Source: an uncultured Planctomycetaceae bacterium (GTDB lineage Bacteria; Planctomycetota; Planctomycetia; Isosphaerales; Isosphaeraceae). Taken from it: 64,000 nucleotides of DNA. The translations under genes and the position numbers were made by a program. The notes beneath the pieces were generated by a model. That model was not told where the DNA came from and did not search any database. It worked only from the letters and a program-made list of their open reading frames with translations. This document shows, piece by piece, positions 43,206 to 53,586 of this stretch; within the stretch, counting starts at the first letter, position 1; each line of letters opens with the position of its first letter. The DNA lies in contig CAWIAD010000002.1 of the NCBI GenBank assembly GCA_963833985.1, positions 5,376,001-5,440,000 of the forward strand, read 5' to 3'.

Positions 43206-44114
43206 ATGGCTCGGATCACGTTGCGCGCGGATCGGTTCGCCACCGAGGCGAGCCGCCAGGAATACCAGCAACTTGAAGGCGGCAACATTCTCTACTTCCC
43301 CACGGCGCCGCCGCTGGTCACGGCCGAGGAACGAACGTTCCTGGTCACCCAGCGGCAGATCGACGGCGGTCTGTTCAAGAACATCAGCTATCGGCCGATG
43401 GAAGACCGGCTGCGGGGCATTGACCAGAAGGACACGGCGAAGCTCAGGCGTGTTCACGAAACGATGCGTGCATTCTCCAGCCGAGCCGCCGGCTTCATGG
43501 AGTCGTTCCTGGGCCACTACGCGACGAGCTGGAAGATCGACTTCGCGAGCTTCCGACCCATCGAGGAGCAGGGCCGCAAGGCTTCCTTGCATGCGCACAA
43601 CGACCTGCTTCACTTCGACTCGTTCCCGACCCGGCCCTCGCACGGCGACCGGCTCTTGCGGATCTTCGTGAACATCCACCCCGAGCGGTCGCGGGTCTGG
43701 CTCACCTCGGACCCGTTCGAGGCGCTGGCGACCCGGTTCGCCGGCAAGGTGGGGCTGCAACGGACTCCGCGTCTGCTGGATACCTGGAAGCGCGCGGCCG
43801 TGAAGCTGGGCGCGGGAGTCGGCTTACCGGTGATCGATCGGCCGCCCTACGACGCCTACATGCTCAGGATCCATCATTCCATGAAGGAAGACGCCGCCTT
43901 CCAGGCGACTTGCCGCAAGGATCGCTGGGAGTTCCCTGCCGGCTCGGCCTGGATCGTCTTCACCGACGGCACCAGCCACGCTTGCCTGAGCGGCCAGTAC
44001 ATGCTGGAGCAGACCTTCATCATCCGCCGTTCCGGGCTGACCAGTCCCGAGCTGGCGCCGATCTCGATCCTGGAACGGATCGCCGCCTACCCCCTCGCCC
44101 GCCAAAGCGCCTGA
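43206..44114 (+). CDS. Kdo hydroxylase (KdoO-like) family protein
   Basis: LEGGNILYFP, KNISY, ASFRP, LLHFDSFPTRP..GDRLLRIFVNIHP, YDAYMLRIHHSMK, HACLSGQYMLEQT. Confidence 0.85.
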   Translation: MARITLRADRFATEASRQEYQQLEGGNILYFPTAPPLVTAEERTFLVTQRQIDGGLFKNISYRPMEDRLRGIDQKDTAKLRRVHETMRAFSSRAAGFMESFLGHYATSWKIDFASFRPIEEQGRKASLHAHNDLLHFDSFPTRPSHGDRLLRIFVNIHPERSRVWLTSDPFEALATRFAGKVGLQRTPRLLDTWKRAAVKLGAGVGLPVIDRPPYDAYMLRIHHSMKEDAAFQATCRKDRWEFPAGSAWIVFTDGTSHACLSGQYMLEQTFIIRRSGLTSPELAPISILERIAAYPLARQSA

Positions 44115-44235
44115 GACCGAGATCGGGTCGCTGCCGGGACGGCGTTTCCCGGACCTAAGCAGATCCGCAGAAGTCTTTGGACAGGATTGCCGTTCGCTTG
44201 CCCAGGGCTGAGAGCCCTGCCTGGCCGCTCTCCTC

Positions 44236-44364
44236 GTGGGGTACGATTCCAATCGTGCCTTCCCATTCTCGTGGGCTACGATTCCAATCGTGCCTTCCCA
44301 TTCTCGTGGGCTACGATTCCAATCGTGCCTTCCCATTCTCGTGGGCTACGATTCCAATCGTGCC
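44236..44364. repeat. tandem REP-like array (35-bp unit x4)
   Basis: GTGGG(G/C)TACGATTCCAATCGTGCC plus linker TTCCCATTCTC at 44236, 44271, 44306 and 44341. Confidence 0.92.
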
Positions 44365-44563
44365 TTCCCTGATCCATCAGATCGAAGAAGTGGCACGAAG
44401 TAGGGTCGAGGTGTGGCGCGGTGGGCTCGAGTCGATGGCTCGGCTGGGCCTCGTTTCCACACCCCGCTCATCAAACTGGATCGGCGGTTTTCCCGCATCC
44501 AGCTTTCGGACAAGGCTTGTCTCATCGGTTGAGTTCACACGTTCGCTCACGAAACCATCGCGG

Positions 44564-45163
44564 CTAGGTTCGTTGCAGCTGGTAAAGATGCAACTCCTGG
44601 TGCAGGTATCTGTCAGGGTAGCGTCTGAGCCCCTGACCCGGCACCTTGAACTTCGCACACAACCACTGACGTACCCGGTAGCGGACGTGGTGGTTGACTT
44701 GGCGATAGGCTGGGCTCACCGTTCCGATGCGAAAATAGTTGGACCAACCGCGTAACTTGCGATTGATCCGACCAATCTGCATCTCGACGTCCTGTCCAGT
44801 GGTCTGGCGCGTCGTCATCGCACTGATCTCGCTGCACAGCCGAATGATCTTCTTCCGCGATGGGCGTGACCCTATGTAGGATCGGCCCGTTCGTCGGTCG
44901 TAGTTCCGGCCGAGGGTATAACCCAGAAAGTCGAACGTCTCCTCAGGCAGGTGGCACAGCCGCGTCTTGGTCTCGTTCACCGTTAACTTCAGCCTGGACA
45001 TCATCTTCCGCATCACCGTCATGGCCTCTTCGGCCGTGCCGCGACAGCAGATGACGAAGTCGTCCGCATAGTTGACGATTCGCGCGACCAGACGCCGCTC
45101 GTGTCCACCAGTCTTCCATCCCTTCACAAATCGTCGCATGTAGATGTTGGACAACAATGGTGA
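44564..45163 (-). pseudogene. ltrA: group II intron RT/maturase, 3' half
   Basis: SPLLSNIYM, IVNYADDFVI, NETKT, FDFLGY, domain X LRGWSNYF. Confidence 0.92.
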
Positions 45164-46817
45164 GATCACGCCCCCAACAATGTTGCGAACTACGTTGTTG
45201 GGGGCCTTTCTCAAAAGGGGACGGACTGACCCGATACACGATGCGGACCTCCTGCTCGTCGATCTCGACCTTCTTCACCAAGGCCCGAACCACCTCCCGT
45301 CGCGTGGCCCAGTCCGGCTCTTGCAACCCTTGCGAGACGCGACGTGCGAACTCCTCCAACTGACCGATCACCAGTCGCAATTCCGCCTCTTGGGCGGCCT
45401 CGCCGATTCGTTGTCGATGCTCCTCCGCCAATCTCGAGAGGCGCGTCCTTGCCGCCGAGATCCGGGGCTCGAACTCCGATTTGTCGAGCAACCCGTCGCC
45501 GTAAGCATCGATTAATCGAGAAATCATCTTTTTCACATTATTTATCAATTTGCCGAGATGCTCCACCTCCTGATTCGGCCCGCCCTGGGCACCCTGCAGC
45601 CGCCGCTCGTACTCCTCCCGGACCCGCTCCGGCTCGGACAGGAGACCTCGTAAGTCCTCCCAGACGGCAGCGTCAAGGATATCGGTGCGGATCTGCTTGT
45701 TCCAGCAGAGGCGCTGCCCGCCGAAACGATAGGCGTCAGAGCCCGTGCAACGGTAGTACGCGTAGCGGACCCTACCCTTGCCCTCGAACGCGGCTCGGCT
45801 CGTCGGCTTGCCGTAGCAGCCGTAGCCGCAGCGCTTGCAGACGACCAGGCCCTGGAGCAGATATCGGCCACCGCCGGGCCGGTCGCGACGGCGTTGCCGG
45901 TTCTCTTCAAGCTGGGCCTGGACAGCCAGGAAGAGGTCTTCGCTCACCAGCCCGGGGACTTCAATGAAGATTTGATCTTCCGAGGATGTATCAACCCGTG
46001 AGACCGGTCGCCGGGAGTGTTCGGGGCGGCCTCGCTGCGGGCGGAGGCGTTGAGGTTTGAACTCACCTGAGCGCGTCTTGCCGAAGGCCGCGGTCCCCTT
46101 GTAGGCAGGGTTCTTGAGGATCAACCAGACCGTCGCGCGATCCCAGGCCGATTTCCCGGTCCGCGTCGGGATACTGTCGCGCCGGAGGCGTCGGCACACC
46201 TCGCCGATCGAGCACCGTTCCTGACCCACCCATTCGAAGATCTTCCGCACGACCCGGGACTCTTCAGCGAGGACCTGATAACGCGCCTCGCCACCTCCCT
46301 CGTGCTTGCCGATGTAACGGTAGCCGTACGGCGCGCCGCTGAGGACGTTGACCGAACCGCGGCGGGCGGCGTGTTGCTTGCCCCTGCGGCAACGCTCCAT
46401 GATCTTGGCGCGCTCGTATTCCGCGATCATTCCCTGGACCTGAAGCAGCAGGTCGGCTTCCGGACTGCGGCCGACGGGGTTGCGCAAGAAGACGACCTCG
46501 ACACCGCACCGGATAAGTTCCTCAAGGATCAAGACCTGATAGGCATACTTGCGTGAAAGTCGATCCGGATCGAGCATATAGAGGCGGTCGATGGCTCCAG
46601 CGGCGGCTTGGTCCCGAAGTCGCTCGAGTGCCGGTCGGGCCAGGATGTAACCGCTGACGCCGTCGTCCACGAAGTGCAGTTCGGGCTCGCATTCCAAGCC
46701 ATCAGTGGCGATCCGCTGAGTGACCGCCTCGAGCTGGCTGGCGATCGTGTCCTCCTTCTCCTGCTGCTCCCCCGAAACCCGGGCGTAGAGCGCCACGCGG
46801 AGATTGTCCGTGATCAT
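44943..46817 (-). CDS. large serine recombinase (resolvase, recombinase and Zn-ribbon domains); reads through the element end
   Basis: ALYARVS catalytic Ser, DRLSR, APYGY, LLQGLVVCKRCG...YYRC, coiled coil; element-encoded part ends CWGRD at 45165. Confidence 0.93.
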   Translation of the reverse strand: MITDNLRVALYARVSGEQQEKEDTIASQLEAVTQRIATDGLECEPELHFVDDGVSGYILARPALERLRDQAAAGAIDRLYMLDPDRLSRKYAYQVLILEELIRCGVEVVFLRNPVGRSPEADLLLQVQGMIAEYERAKIMERCRRGKQHAARRGSVNVLSGAPYGYRYIGKHEGGGEARYQVLAEESRVVRKIFEWVGQERCSIGEVCRRLRRDSIPTRTGKSAWDRATVWLILKNPAYKGTAAFGKTRSGEFKPQRLRPQRGRPEHSRRPVSRVDTSSEDQIFIEVPGLVSEDLFLAVQAQLEENRQRRRDRPGGGRYLLQGLVVCKRCGYGCYGKPTSRAAFEGKGRVRYAYYRCTGSDAYRFGGQRLCWNKQIRTDILDAAVWEDLRGLLSEPERVREEYERRLQGAQGGPNQEVEHLGKLINNVKKMISRLIDAYGDGLLDKSEFEPRISAARTRLSRLAEEHRQRIGEAAQEAELRLVIGQLEEFARRVSQGLQEPDWATRREVVRALVKKVEIDEQEVRIVYRVSPSPFEKGPQQRSSQHCWGRDLTIVVQHLHATICEGMEDWWTRAASGRANRQLCGRLRHLLSRHGRRGHDGDAEDDVQAEVNGERDQDAAVPPA

Positions 46818-47182
46818 GGTTTGTCAAACCCCCCCGACCTTGGACTGGATAGTGTGGACCACAGTCGCGTGGTTGCGGCTGGGTCGCGGCCGATCCAGGC
46901 GCTGCGAAACGACCGGGATCAAGACCTGATATGCACGCGCGATCAATTGCTCCTGAAGCCGAGTGAACTCGAAGTGGCGGGTGACAGGAGGACTGAACGT
47001 GGGCCTCCGTGGGGACGTGATCATGTCGACTCCTCCTCTCCGAGAGCGCGGCCGCCAGCCTGCCTTGGATCGGGATCGAGTCGGGGCTGCCATCCGTGCC
47101 CGTACTTCGGTCGAAGCCGCGATCTGGAAATGACAGAGTCAGGAATCAGGGACGATTTTGCAACATTGTTGGGGGCGTGATC
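45164..47182 (-). mobile_element. compact large-serine-recombinase integrative element (2011 bp between duplicated GATC cores)
   Basis: GATC at 45164-45167 and 47179-47182; perfect 19-bp inverted ends ACGCCCCCAACAATGTTGC (45168-45186) and GCAACATTGTTGGGGGCGT (47160-47178); removal restores the RT reading frame. Confidence 0.93.
46824..47024 (-). CDS. small 66-aa protein of the recombinase element (candidate directionality factor or regulator)
   Basis: RBS GAGGAGGAG before ATG 47024; ends 6 nt before the recombinase start. Function is inferred. Confidence 0.6.
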   Translation of the reverse strand: MITSPRRPTFSPPVTRHFEFTRLQEQLIARAYQVLIPVVSQRLDRPRPSRNHATVVHTIQSKVGGV

Positions 47183-47877
47183 GGTGCACCTTGCGGTGTA
47201 CCCATCCCCTGGTCTTTATTCCGGGTCGTTCGATGGCGCTGCCCCTTCCCGTCGGTTTCTTCCACCGGTGTTTCCAGCCACATCTTGATCAGCCGCAGGA
47301 CGCGACCGTCGCTGATGCGCCGTGACGCCGATTTCATTAACTCGGAATGGGGTATGCTATCGAAATATCCAGATAAGTTCGCGTCCACCACCTCGGTGTG
47401 CCCCGTCTTGAGCAGCCGTTCGACTTCGCGGACGGCGTCCAGGGCGCTGCGCTCCGGGCGGTAGGCGTGTTGTTCCGGCTCCAGGTCGGCCTCGAAGATC
47501 GGCTCCAAGACCAGCACCGCAGCCATCTGCACCACACGATCCTTGATGCAAGGAATGCCCAGCGGCCTTTGCTTGCCATCCCCTTTGGGGATGTACACGC
47601 GCCGCACCGCCTGGGGTTGATACGTCTCCTTACGAAGTTGTTCCGCCAGTTCGTCCAGCCATCGTTCCTTCCCGGACGCCTCGATGTCGGCGAAACTCTG
47701 GCCGTCGATCCCCGGCGCGCCGCCGTTGGCACGGCAGCGTTCGTAGGCGAATCCCAGAACGTCACGTCGATAAATCTTGTCGTACAGGACGTAGAACCGA
47801 TAGTTGGGCGCGTTCTTCGCTTTGGTGTGCAACGCCGTCTGCAACTTCCCGACCTTCAGTGGAGGTGATAGACTCAC
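47179..47877 (-). pseudogene. ltrA: group II intron RT/maturase, 5' half
   Basis: GAPGIDG, RRVYIPKGDGKQRPLGIPCIKDRVVQ, LEPIFEAD, AYRPERSA, YFDSIPH, GTPQGAPI then cut. Confidence 0.92.
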
Positions 47878-48534
47878 GCCAATCTCCCGGCTGTCTGCCG
47901 CTTGTTGCGTTGACCTTGAACCAAGGCCCCTTCCCTCGACCGGAGTTACCCGGCGTCGACGGTACTACGGGCCTCTCCGCCACCCCAGGCAGCCCGGCCG
48001 GTCCCTCGCGGGCGTCCGGTTGAGGGTCACGCGCCCTCACCGCTTGGGGTTTCCCGTGTTGTGTTGATCTCCGTGTGCCGACATGCCGTCGTCAATACCC
48101 CGGTGGCCCGCTGGGTTCTGATCGCTCGTGGGGCGGCCTATTCCAACCGTTTCCCTTTCATCCCCAGCGACGGCGGCCTTCCCCATATTCCAGCAAGGTC
48201 GGCGACCACATTGGACTTTTCGAGGCCTGCTCAACGTTCACTCGCGTTACGGCCTGTCGGTTCGCTGCATCGCCAAGCGACACATCTGTCTCGAAGGCTC
48301 CGACGGTTTCGTCTCCTCCACCGCCGCTCCGATAGCTACCGGCTGGAGCGACCCAGTTGCCGGGTGGGAGTTACACCCACTGAAGACCAACACCTTTCCA
48401 CGGCGCACTGGAATCATGTCCCAAGAAGAGCGGCCTCCCGGCCATCCAGGATCGCATCAACCTGCTGAATGCCTGTCAAAGAACTATTGCGAACCTGCTT
48501 AGAGCGGTTATCACTCGGATCGCAGACTGAGACC

Positions 48535-48597
48535 GGGGGCAGGCATTCCTGCCTGCCGGAGCAGGCCTACCCTGGCAGACAGGAATGTCTGCTCCCC
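48535..48597. repeat. second REP-like doublet or terminator-like stem downstream of the adhesin
   Basis: GGGGGCAGGCATTCCTGCCTGCC ... GGCAGACAGGAATGTCTGCTCCCC; each arm is self-palindromic and the arms are mutually inverted. Confidence 0.65.
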
Positions 48598-48691
48598 TTC
48601 CAGGATCTCAGAAACCGCCTGCAACCCGTCAGAAAACCGCCCTAATGCGTTGGCCGGACCAGCACGGCTTTCTTGACCGGGACGCGGGCCT

Positions 48692-51600
48692 TCATGAGCG
48701 TCCGGGCGCGGGGGCCGCGGCCACCCTGGGCCGCGCCACGGGCACGACCCTGGGCCTGGGCTTCGGCTTGGGCCTGGGCGCCGGGGCCACTGGCCTGGGC
48801 CTTGGCTTTGGCTTGATTACGGGCCTGGCCGTCGACCTGGGATGAACCGCAACCGGCGCAGCGGACTTGACCTGGGGAGCCGGTGCGGTCGTTAAAATCA
48901 TCTGATCAATGGTGGCCGTCGCCGACGTCGCGTAATTGGAATCGCCCACGTAGACCGCGTGAACCATGTAATTGCCGGCGGTCAGAGTTGAGATCGTCAG
49001 GCTGGCCTTGCTTCCCGAAACCGGCACAGCGCCGATCATGCCGAACTGATCGTAGAAGACCACCGTTCCCGTCACGGGAATCGCCCCCAGCGACGAGGCA
49101 TTCACGTCCGCGGTGAACGTCACCGGTGCGCTGATCGCGGAGCGCAGGATCGCTCCTTCCAGCAACGACGCGGTGGGTGCCCGCTGCACCGTGTAGGTGC
49201 CGCCCTGGTACGAGATCGTGTAGTCCGTGGCGGCGGCGCCCGAGACCGAGATCGGGTAGCTGCCGGGCAGGCTGTTGACGTTGGCCGTGGTGGACAGGCT
49301 AGGCAGGACCGGCAGGCTGGCGGCCGTGTCGCCGTTGACCAGCCCGACGTAGCTGGCGCTCAGGCTCGGCCTGGTGCCGTACCCCTGGCTCGTGTTGTTG
49401 GCCTTGATCAGGAGGGGCGTCGGGGTGACGGCCAGCGTGGCGGATACGAACGTGAGCAGATAGTTCGGGGAGGCGAGCGTGCCCGTGCTGGGCGTGAGCG
49501 TGTAGGTTCCCACGTGGCTGGTGGTGAGGGCTGTCGTGGTGAACGAGGGCGCTCCGGCGACGCCGCTGTTTGCCAGGTCCTGCCCCTGGATGAACCCGGT
49601 CAGCGTGTACCCGAACGTGGGATTGGCAGCGCCGTAGGCCCGGCTGGCGTTCTGCGCCGTGATCGTCAGCGTGGCCCGGGTGACTGTGAACGTGCCCGTC
49701 TGGAAATTCGCGATGTCGAGCAGGTAGTTCGGGTTGGCGATCGTGAGCGTGCCCAGGGCCGCGGTGATCGGGTAGGTCCCCACCGAGTTGCCAATGTTGA
49801 CCTGTGTGCTCAGCGCGGGGGCCCCGGATAAAAGTGGATCCGGATCAGTGGCCGAGATCGCGGTCTGGGGCGGATCTTCCCGCACCAGGCTCCATCCCAG
49901 CCTTGGGTTTGGCGTGCCGAACGACCGTGAGACGTTGCTGGCCACCACGATCAGACGGGCCGAGAGCACCGTGAGCGTGGCGGGTTTCGTCGCGATCTGA
50001 AACGTATAGTTGCTCGCCGCCAGCGTGCCCTGGCTGATCGTGATGCCATACGTACCGACAGGACTGTCCGCCGTGGCTGTCGTGAACAAAAGCGCGGCTC
50101 CGGTCACGCCGCCGGTCGTCGCGTTCTCGCCGTTGGCGTAGCCGGTAATCGTGGACGGCAGGGGGATCGGGTTGGGAAGGCCGTAGTAGCGGCTGAAGTC
50201 GCTGGGCGTGACGGTCAGGGTCGCCTGTGTGATTTGCAGGGTCGCCGCTCCAGGCGCGAACGCGAAGGTGTAGTTCGTGGACTGGAGCGTTCCCTGGCTG
50301 GGAGTCCCGGCATAGCTGCCGACGGGGCTGCTCGCCGTGGCCGTGGTCGTGACGCCGGGCGTGCCTTTCACGTCGCTGGTCGCCTGCGTCTCGCCGTTGG
50401 CGAAACCGCTGATCGTGTACGATTGCGTGGTGGCCGTGGACGAGCCGTAGGGGCGGCTGGCGACCACGTCCGAGACGGTCAGCAGCACGGGCGTGACATT
50501 GAGCGTTCCGGACTGGAACGTGAACGTATAATTCAGCGCCCACAGCGAGCCGACCTGAATCGTGATCGCATAGGTCCCGACCGGGCTGGTGAGGTTCGCC
50601 AGCGTGGACACGCTGGGCAGCCCCGACAGCACCGCTTGATCCTGGCCGTTGACAAAGCCCGTGTAATCAAAGTCGGCCAGGGTCATGCTGGCCAGCTTGG
50701 CAGGATTGGCCTGGCCATAAAGACGGGTCAGGTCGGACGACGGCAGGTTCAGGGCGATCGTCAGAGGCGCCTGGGTGACCGCCAGCACGCCCCCGCGGAA
50801 CAGCGTCGGGTCCAGGGTGTAGTTCGCATTGGCGTAGGCCAGCGAGCCGGGCGCGATGTTGATTGCGTAATTGCCCACCGGGCTGGCGGGGCCGGCCGCG
50901 GTGGTCGTGAAAACGGGCGTGCCAGAGAGCAGCGACTGGTCCAGGAAATCACTCCCCACGAACCCCGTGATCCTGTACGTGAACGCCGGGTTCACATCGC
51001 CGTAGCTCCGGCTCTGGCTGACCGCCGTCACGACCAGGGGCGCCGATGTGATCTGGAGCGTCGCTGCTCCGGGTGCGAACGCGAAGCTGTAATTCGTGGA
51101 CTGGAGCGTTCCCAGATTGGGCGTGGCGGCATAGTTCCCCACGGGAGTGCTCGGGGTGGCCGTGGTCGTGAGGCCGGGCGTTCCCGTCACACCGCTGGTC
51201 GCGAGCGTCTGCCCGTTGGCGAACCCGGTGATCGTGAACGACTGCGTGGTCACCGTGGACGAGCCGTACACCTGGGTCGCAAGCACATTCGAGACCGTCA
51301 GTTGCACGGGCGTGACGTTGAGCGTACCGGTCTGGAACGTGAACGTGTAGTTCGGTGCCCGCAGCGAGCCGACCAGGAGAGTGATCGCGTAGGGCCCCAC
51401 CGGACTGGTGAGGTTGGCCACTGTGGAAACGCTGGGCGTGCCGGTCAGCACCGAGGGCATATCCTGATTCTCGCCGTTGACGAAGCCCATGTAGAGGAAG
51501 TTGTCCTTGGTCAGGCCGGTCAGGTCCGGATTGGCCTGGCCATAGGGCGCGTCAGGCTGGTGGGTGGCAAGTTGAGGGCGATGGTCAGAGGCGCCGGGAG

Positions 51601-53379
51601 GACCGTGAGCATGCCGCCCTGATACAGCGTCGGGTCCAGGATGTAGTTCGCATTCGCGTAGGCCAGCGAGCCGGGCGCGATGTTGATTGCGTAATTGCCC
51701 ACCGGGCTGGCGGGGCCGGCGACGGTGGTCGTGAAAACGGGCGTGCCCGAGAGCAGCGACTGGTCCAGGAAATCACTCCCCACGAACCCCGTGATCCTGT
51801 ACGTGAACGCCGGGTTCACATCGCCGTAGGTCCGGCTCTGGCTGACCGCCGTGACCGCCAGCTTGGCGGGCGACACGATCAGCGTGGTCGCGACCGAGGT
51901 GCTGGGCTGGAGGTCGTCATTGCCCGTGTAAACCACCACAACCTTGTGTATGCCTGCCGCCAGGTTATTGGGAGTGGTGCCGGTGCTGTTCAGGTTGACC
52001 GGGTTGCCGAAGGCCTGGCCGTCCACATAGACCTGGCAGGTGCCGGATGTGCTCACGTCCTGAGGGACAATGCCGGTCGACACGGTAAAGGTCAGAGTGA
52101 CGGGGCTGCCATAGGTCGTCGTCGTGGTATTGAGCTTGAACGACGTTGCGGTCGAGTATTTGAGACCGAGCAGCACGGCAGCCTGGGCATCCGACGGGTC
52201 GACGGTGGCCAGGTCGAGCCGCGGGTTGCCCAGGGAGGTCAAGTCGCCGTTGAAGTTGCCGACCGCCATTGCCGTGGGATTCGCGCTCGCCACGTAATCG
52301 ACCTGGGTGGCGAAGGTTCCATCACCATTGCCCGGAAGGACACCGATGGCGCCCCGCTTCGGTTCGGTGAACGCGATACTGACCTTGCCATCGCCGTCCA
52401 GGTCCGCAGCCACCACGGCGGACGGGTTATCCTTGAGCGACGTCTTGGTGTCGACCGGGACGTTCTGCTGGATCCCGAAGCTGCCGTCGCCATTACCGAG
52501 CGCAACGGTGACGCTGGCGGTCGCGGAATTGGCCGTGACGAGATCGAGCCGGCCGTCGCCGTTGAAGTCGCCCAGGGCCACACCGACCGGCCTGGAAACG
52601 GTGGAAACCAGGCTGTCCACGACCACGGTGATGGGCACGTCGAGCGTGGGCCGCAAGGTTCCGTCGCCGTTGCCCCGCAGCACGCTCACCGAATTCCCCA
52701 GCGTGTTCGCCGTGACCAGATCCAGCTTGCCGTCGTTGTTCAAATCGCCAATGGCCAGGGCGACGGGGTCCACGCCTGTACCGTAGTCCTGGTGGGGATG
52801 GAACGTTCCATTGCCATGACCTACCAGGACACTGACCGTGTTGTTGCCCGAGTTGGCGGTGATGATGTCGTTCTGGCCGTTGCCCAGGTTGGCCACCGCC
52901 ACGGCCTGCGGCGCCGAACCGGTTCCCGTGCTGTAGGCCACCGGCGCTCCAAAGGTGCCGTTGCCCTGGTTCAGCAGCACCCAGACCTCGTTCTCGGCAG
53001 GATCGGCCGCAATGATGTCCAGGCGGCCCGAGCCATCCACACTGGCCAGCGTGAGCCCGGAGAGGGAACTCGCGAACGGGGCGATGGACTGAAGCGTTCC
53101 GAACGACCCGTCGCCGTTGCCCGGGGCGATGGTGATCCCGCCGGCCGTCGTGGCGGTGACCAGGTCCGCCATGCCGTCGCCCGTCACGTCCCCCACGGCC
53201 ACGGCTGCGTTGCTGGCGCCGGTGTTGGACAGCCAGGGCGAGCCAAAGCTGAGCAGGCAGCGGTCTTCCAGAACGTCCAGCAGAGGCCGGACGCGGAACC
53301 GGCTGCGCGGGGTCCCGCGGGCGCTCTGGCTGTGCTGGAAAGGATACGCTGTCCTCGTTCTGGCGGAACGCCCTGACAT
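48692..53379 (-). CDS. large surface protein/adhesin: LEPR-XLL, FG-GAP/VCBS repeats, Ig-like and many MBG domains (frameshift near 51540)
   Basis: LEDRCLLS; repeated GDxNGDGxLDLVTAN...GNGDG; repeated SRxYGxxNP...GFV...SPVGxY; PK/PR-rich tail. Confidence 0.88.
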
Positions 53380-53586
53380 GATGCAACCCCTGCGGCAAGA
53401 AGCCGTCTTCGCTTCCCCGGCGCGCGCTGCGCCCTCGCTTCAAGCCTAGGTCACGTCCTGGCGCTTTGCGCATCGAGCGAGGCCCGAAGGGACTGCCTCG
53501 ACTCAATGGCCTCCCACGGCGAGGAGCGCTTTATTGACCGGGAAGGGGCTGTGGATACGGAATGCCGGCCAGCCGGCTCTCGGGAT

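Larger units (their letters stand above)
44400..48408 (-). mobile_element. group II intron (IEP without endonuclease domain), interrupted by a serine-recombinase element
   Basis: 5' end GTGCGCCGTGG at 48408; domain V GAAAGCTGGATGCGGGAAAACCGCCGATCCAGTTTG (44472-44507); domain VI ending CGACCCTAC at 44400; RT ORF inside. Confidence 0.92.

Noticed and set aside
44236..44364. CRISPR array next to an RT gene
   Set aside because: Identical 11-bp linkers; the RT is a group II intron IEP with domains V and VI, and there is no Cas1.
45164..47182. Classical DDE insertion sequence (inverted ends plus 4-bp target duplication)
   Set aside because: The only enzyme encoded is a large serine recombinase; GATC is better read as the shared crossover core.
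44564..51855. Diversity-generating retroelement (RT plus repeat pair in the adhesin)
   Set aside because: The RT has PQG, YADD, domain X and intron RNA ends; differences between the adhesin repeats are not adenine-specific.
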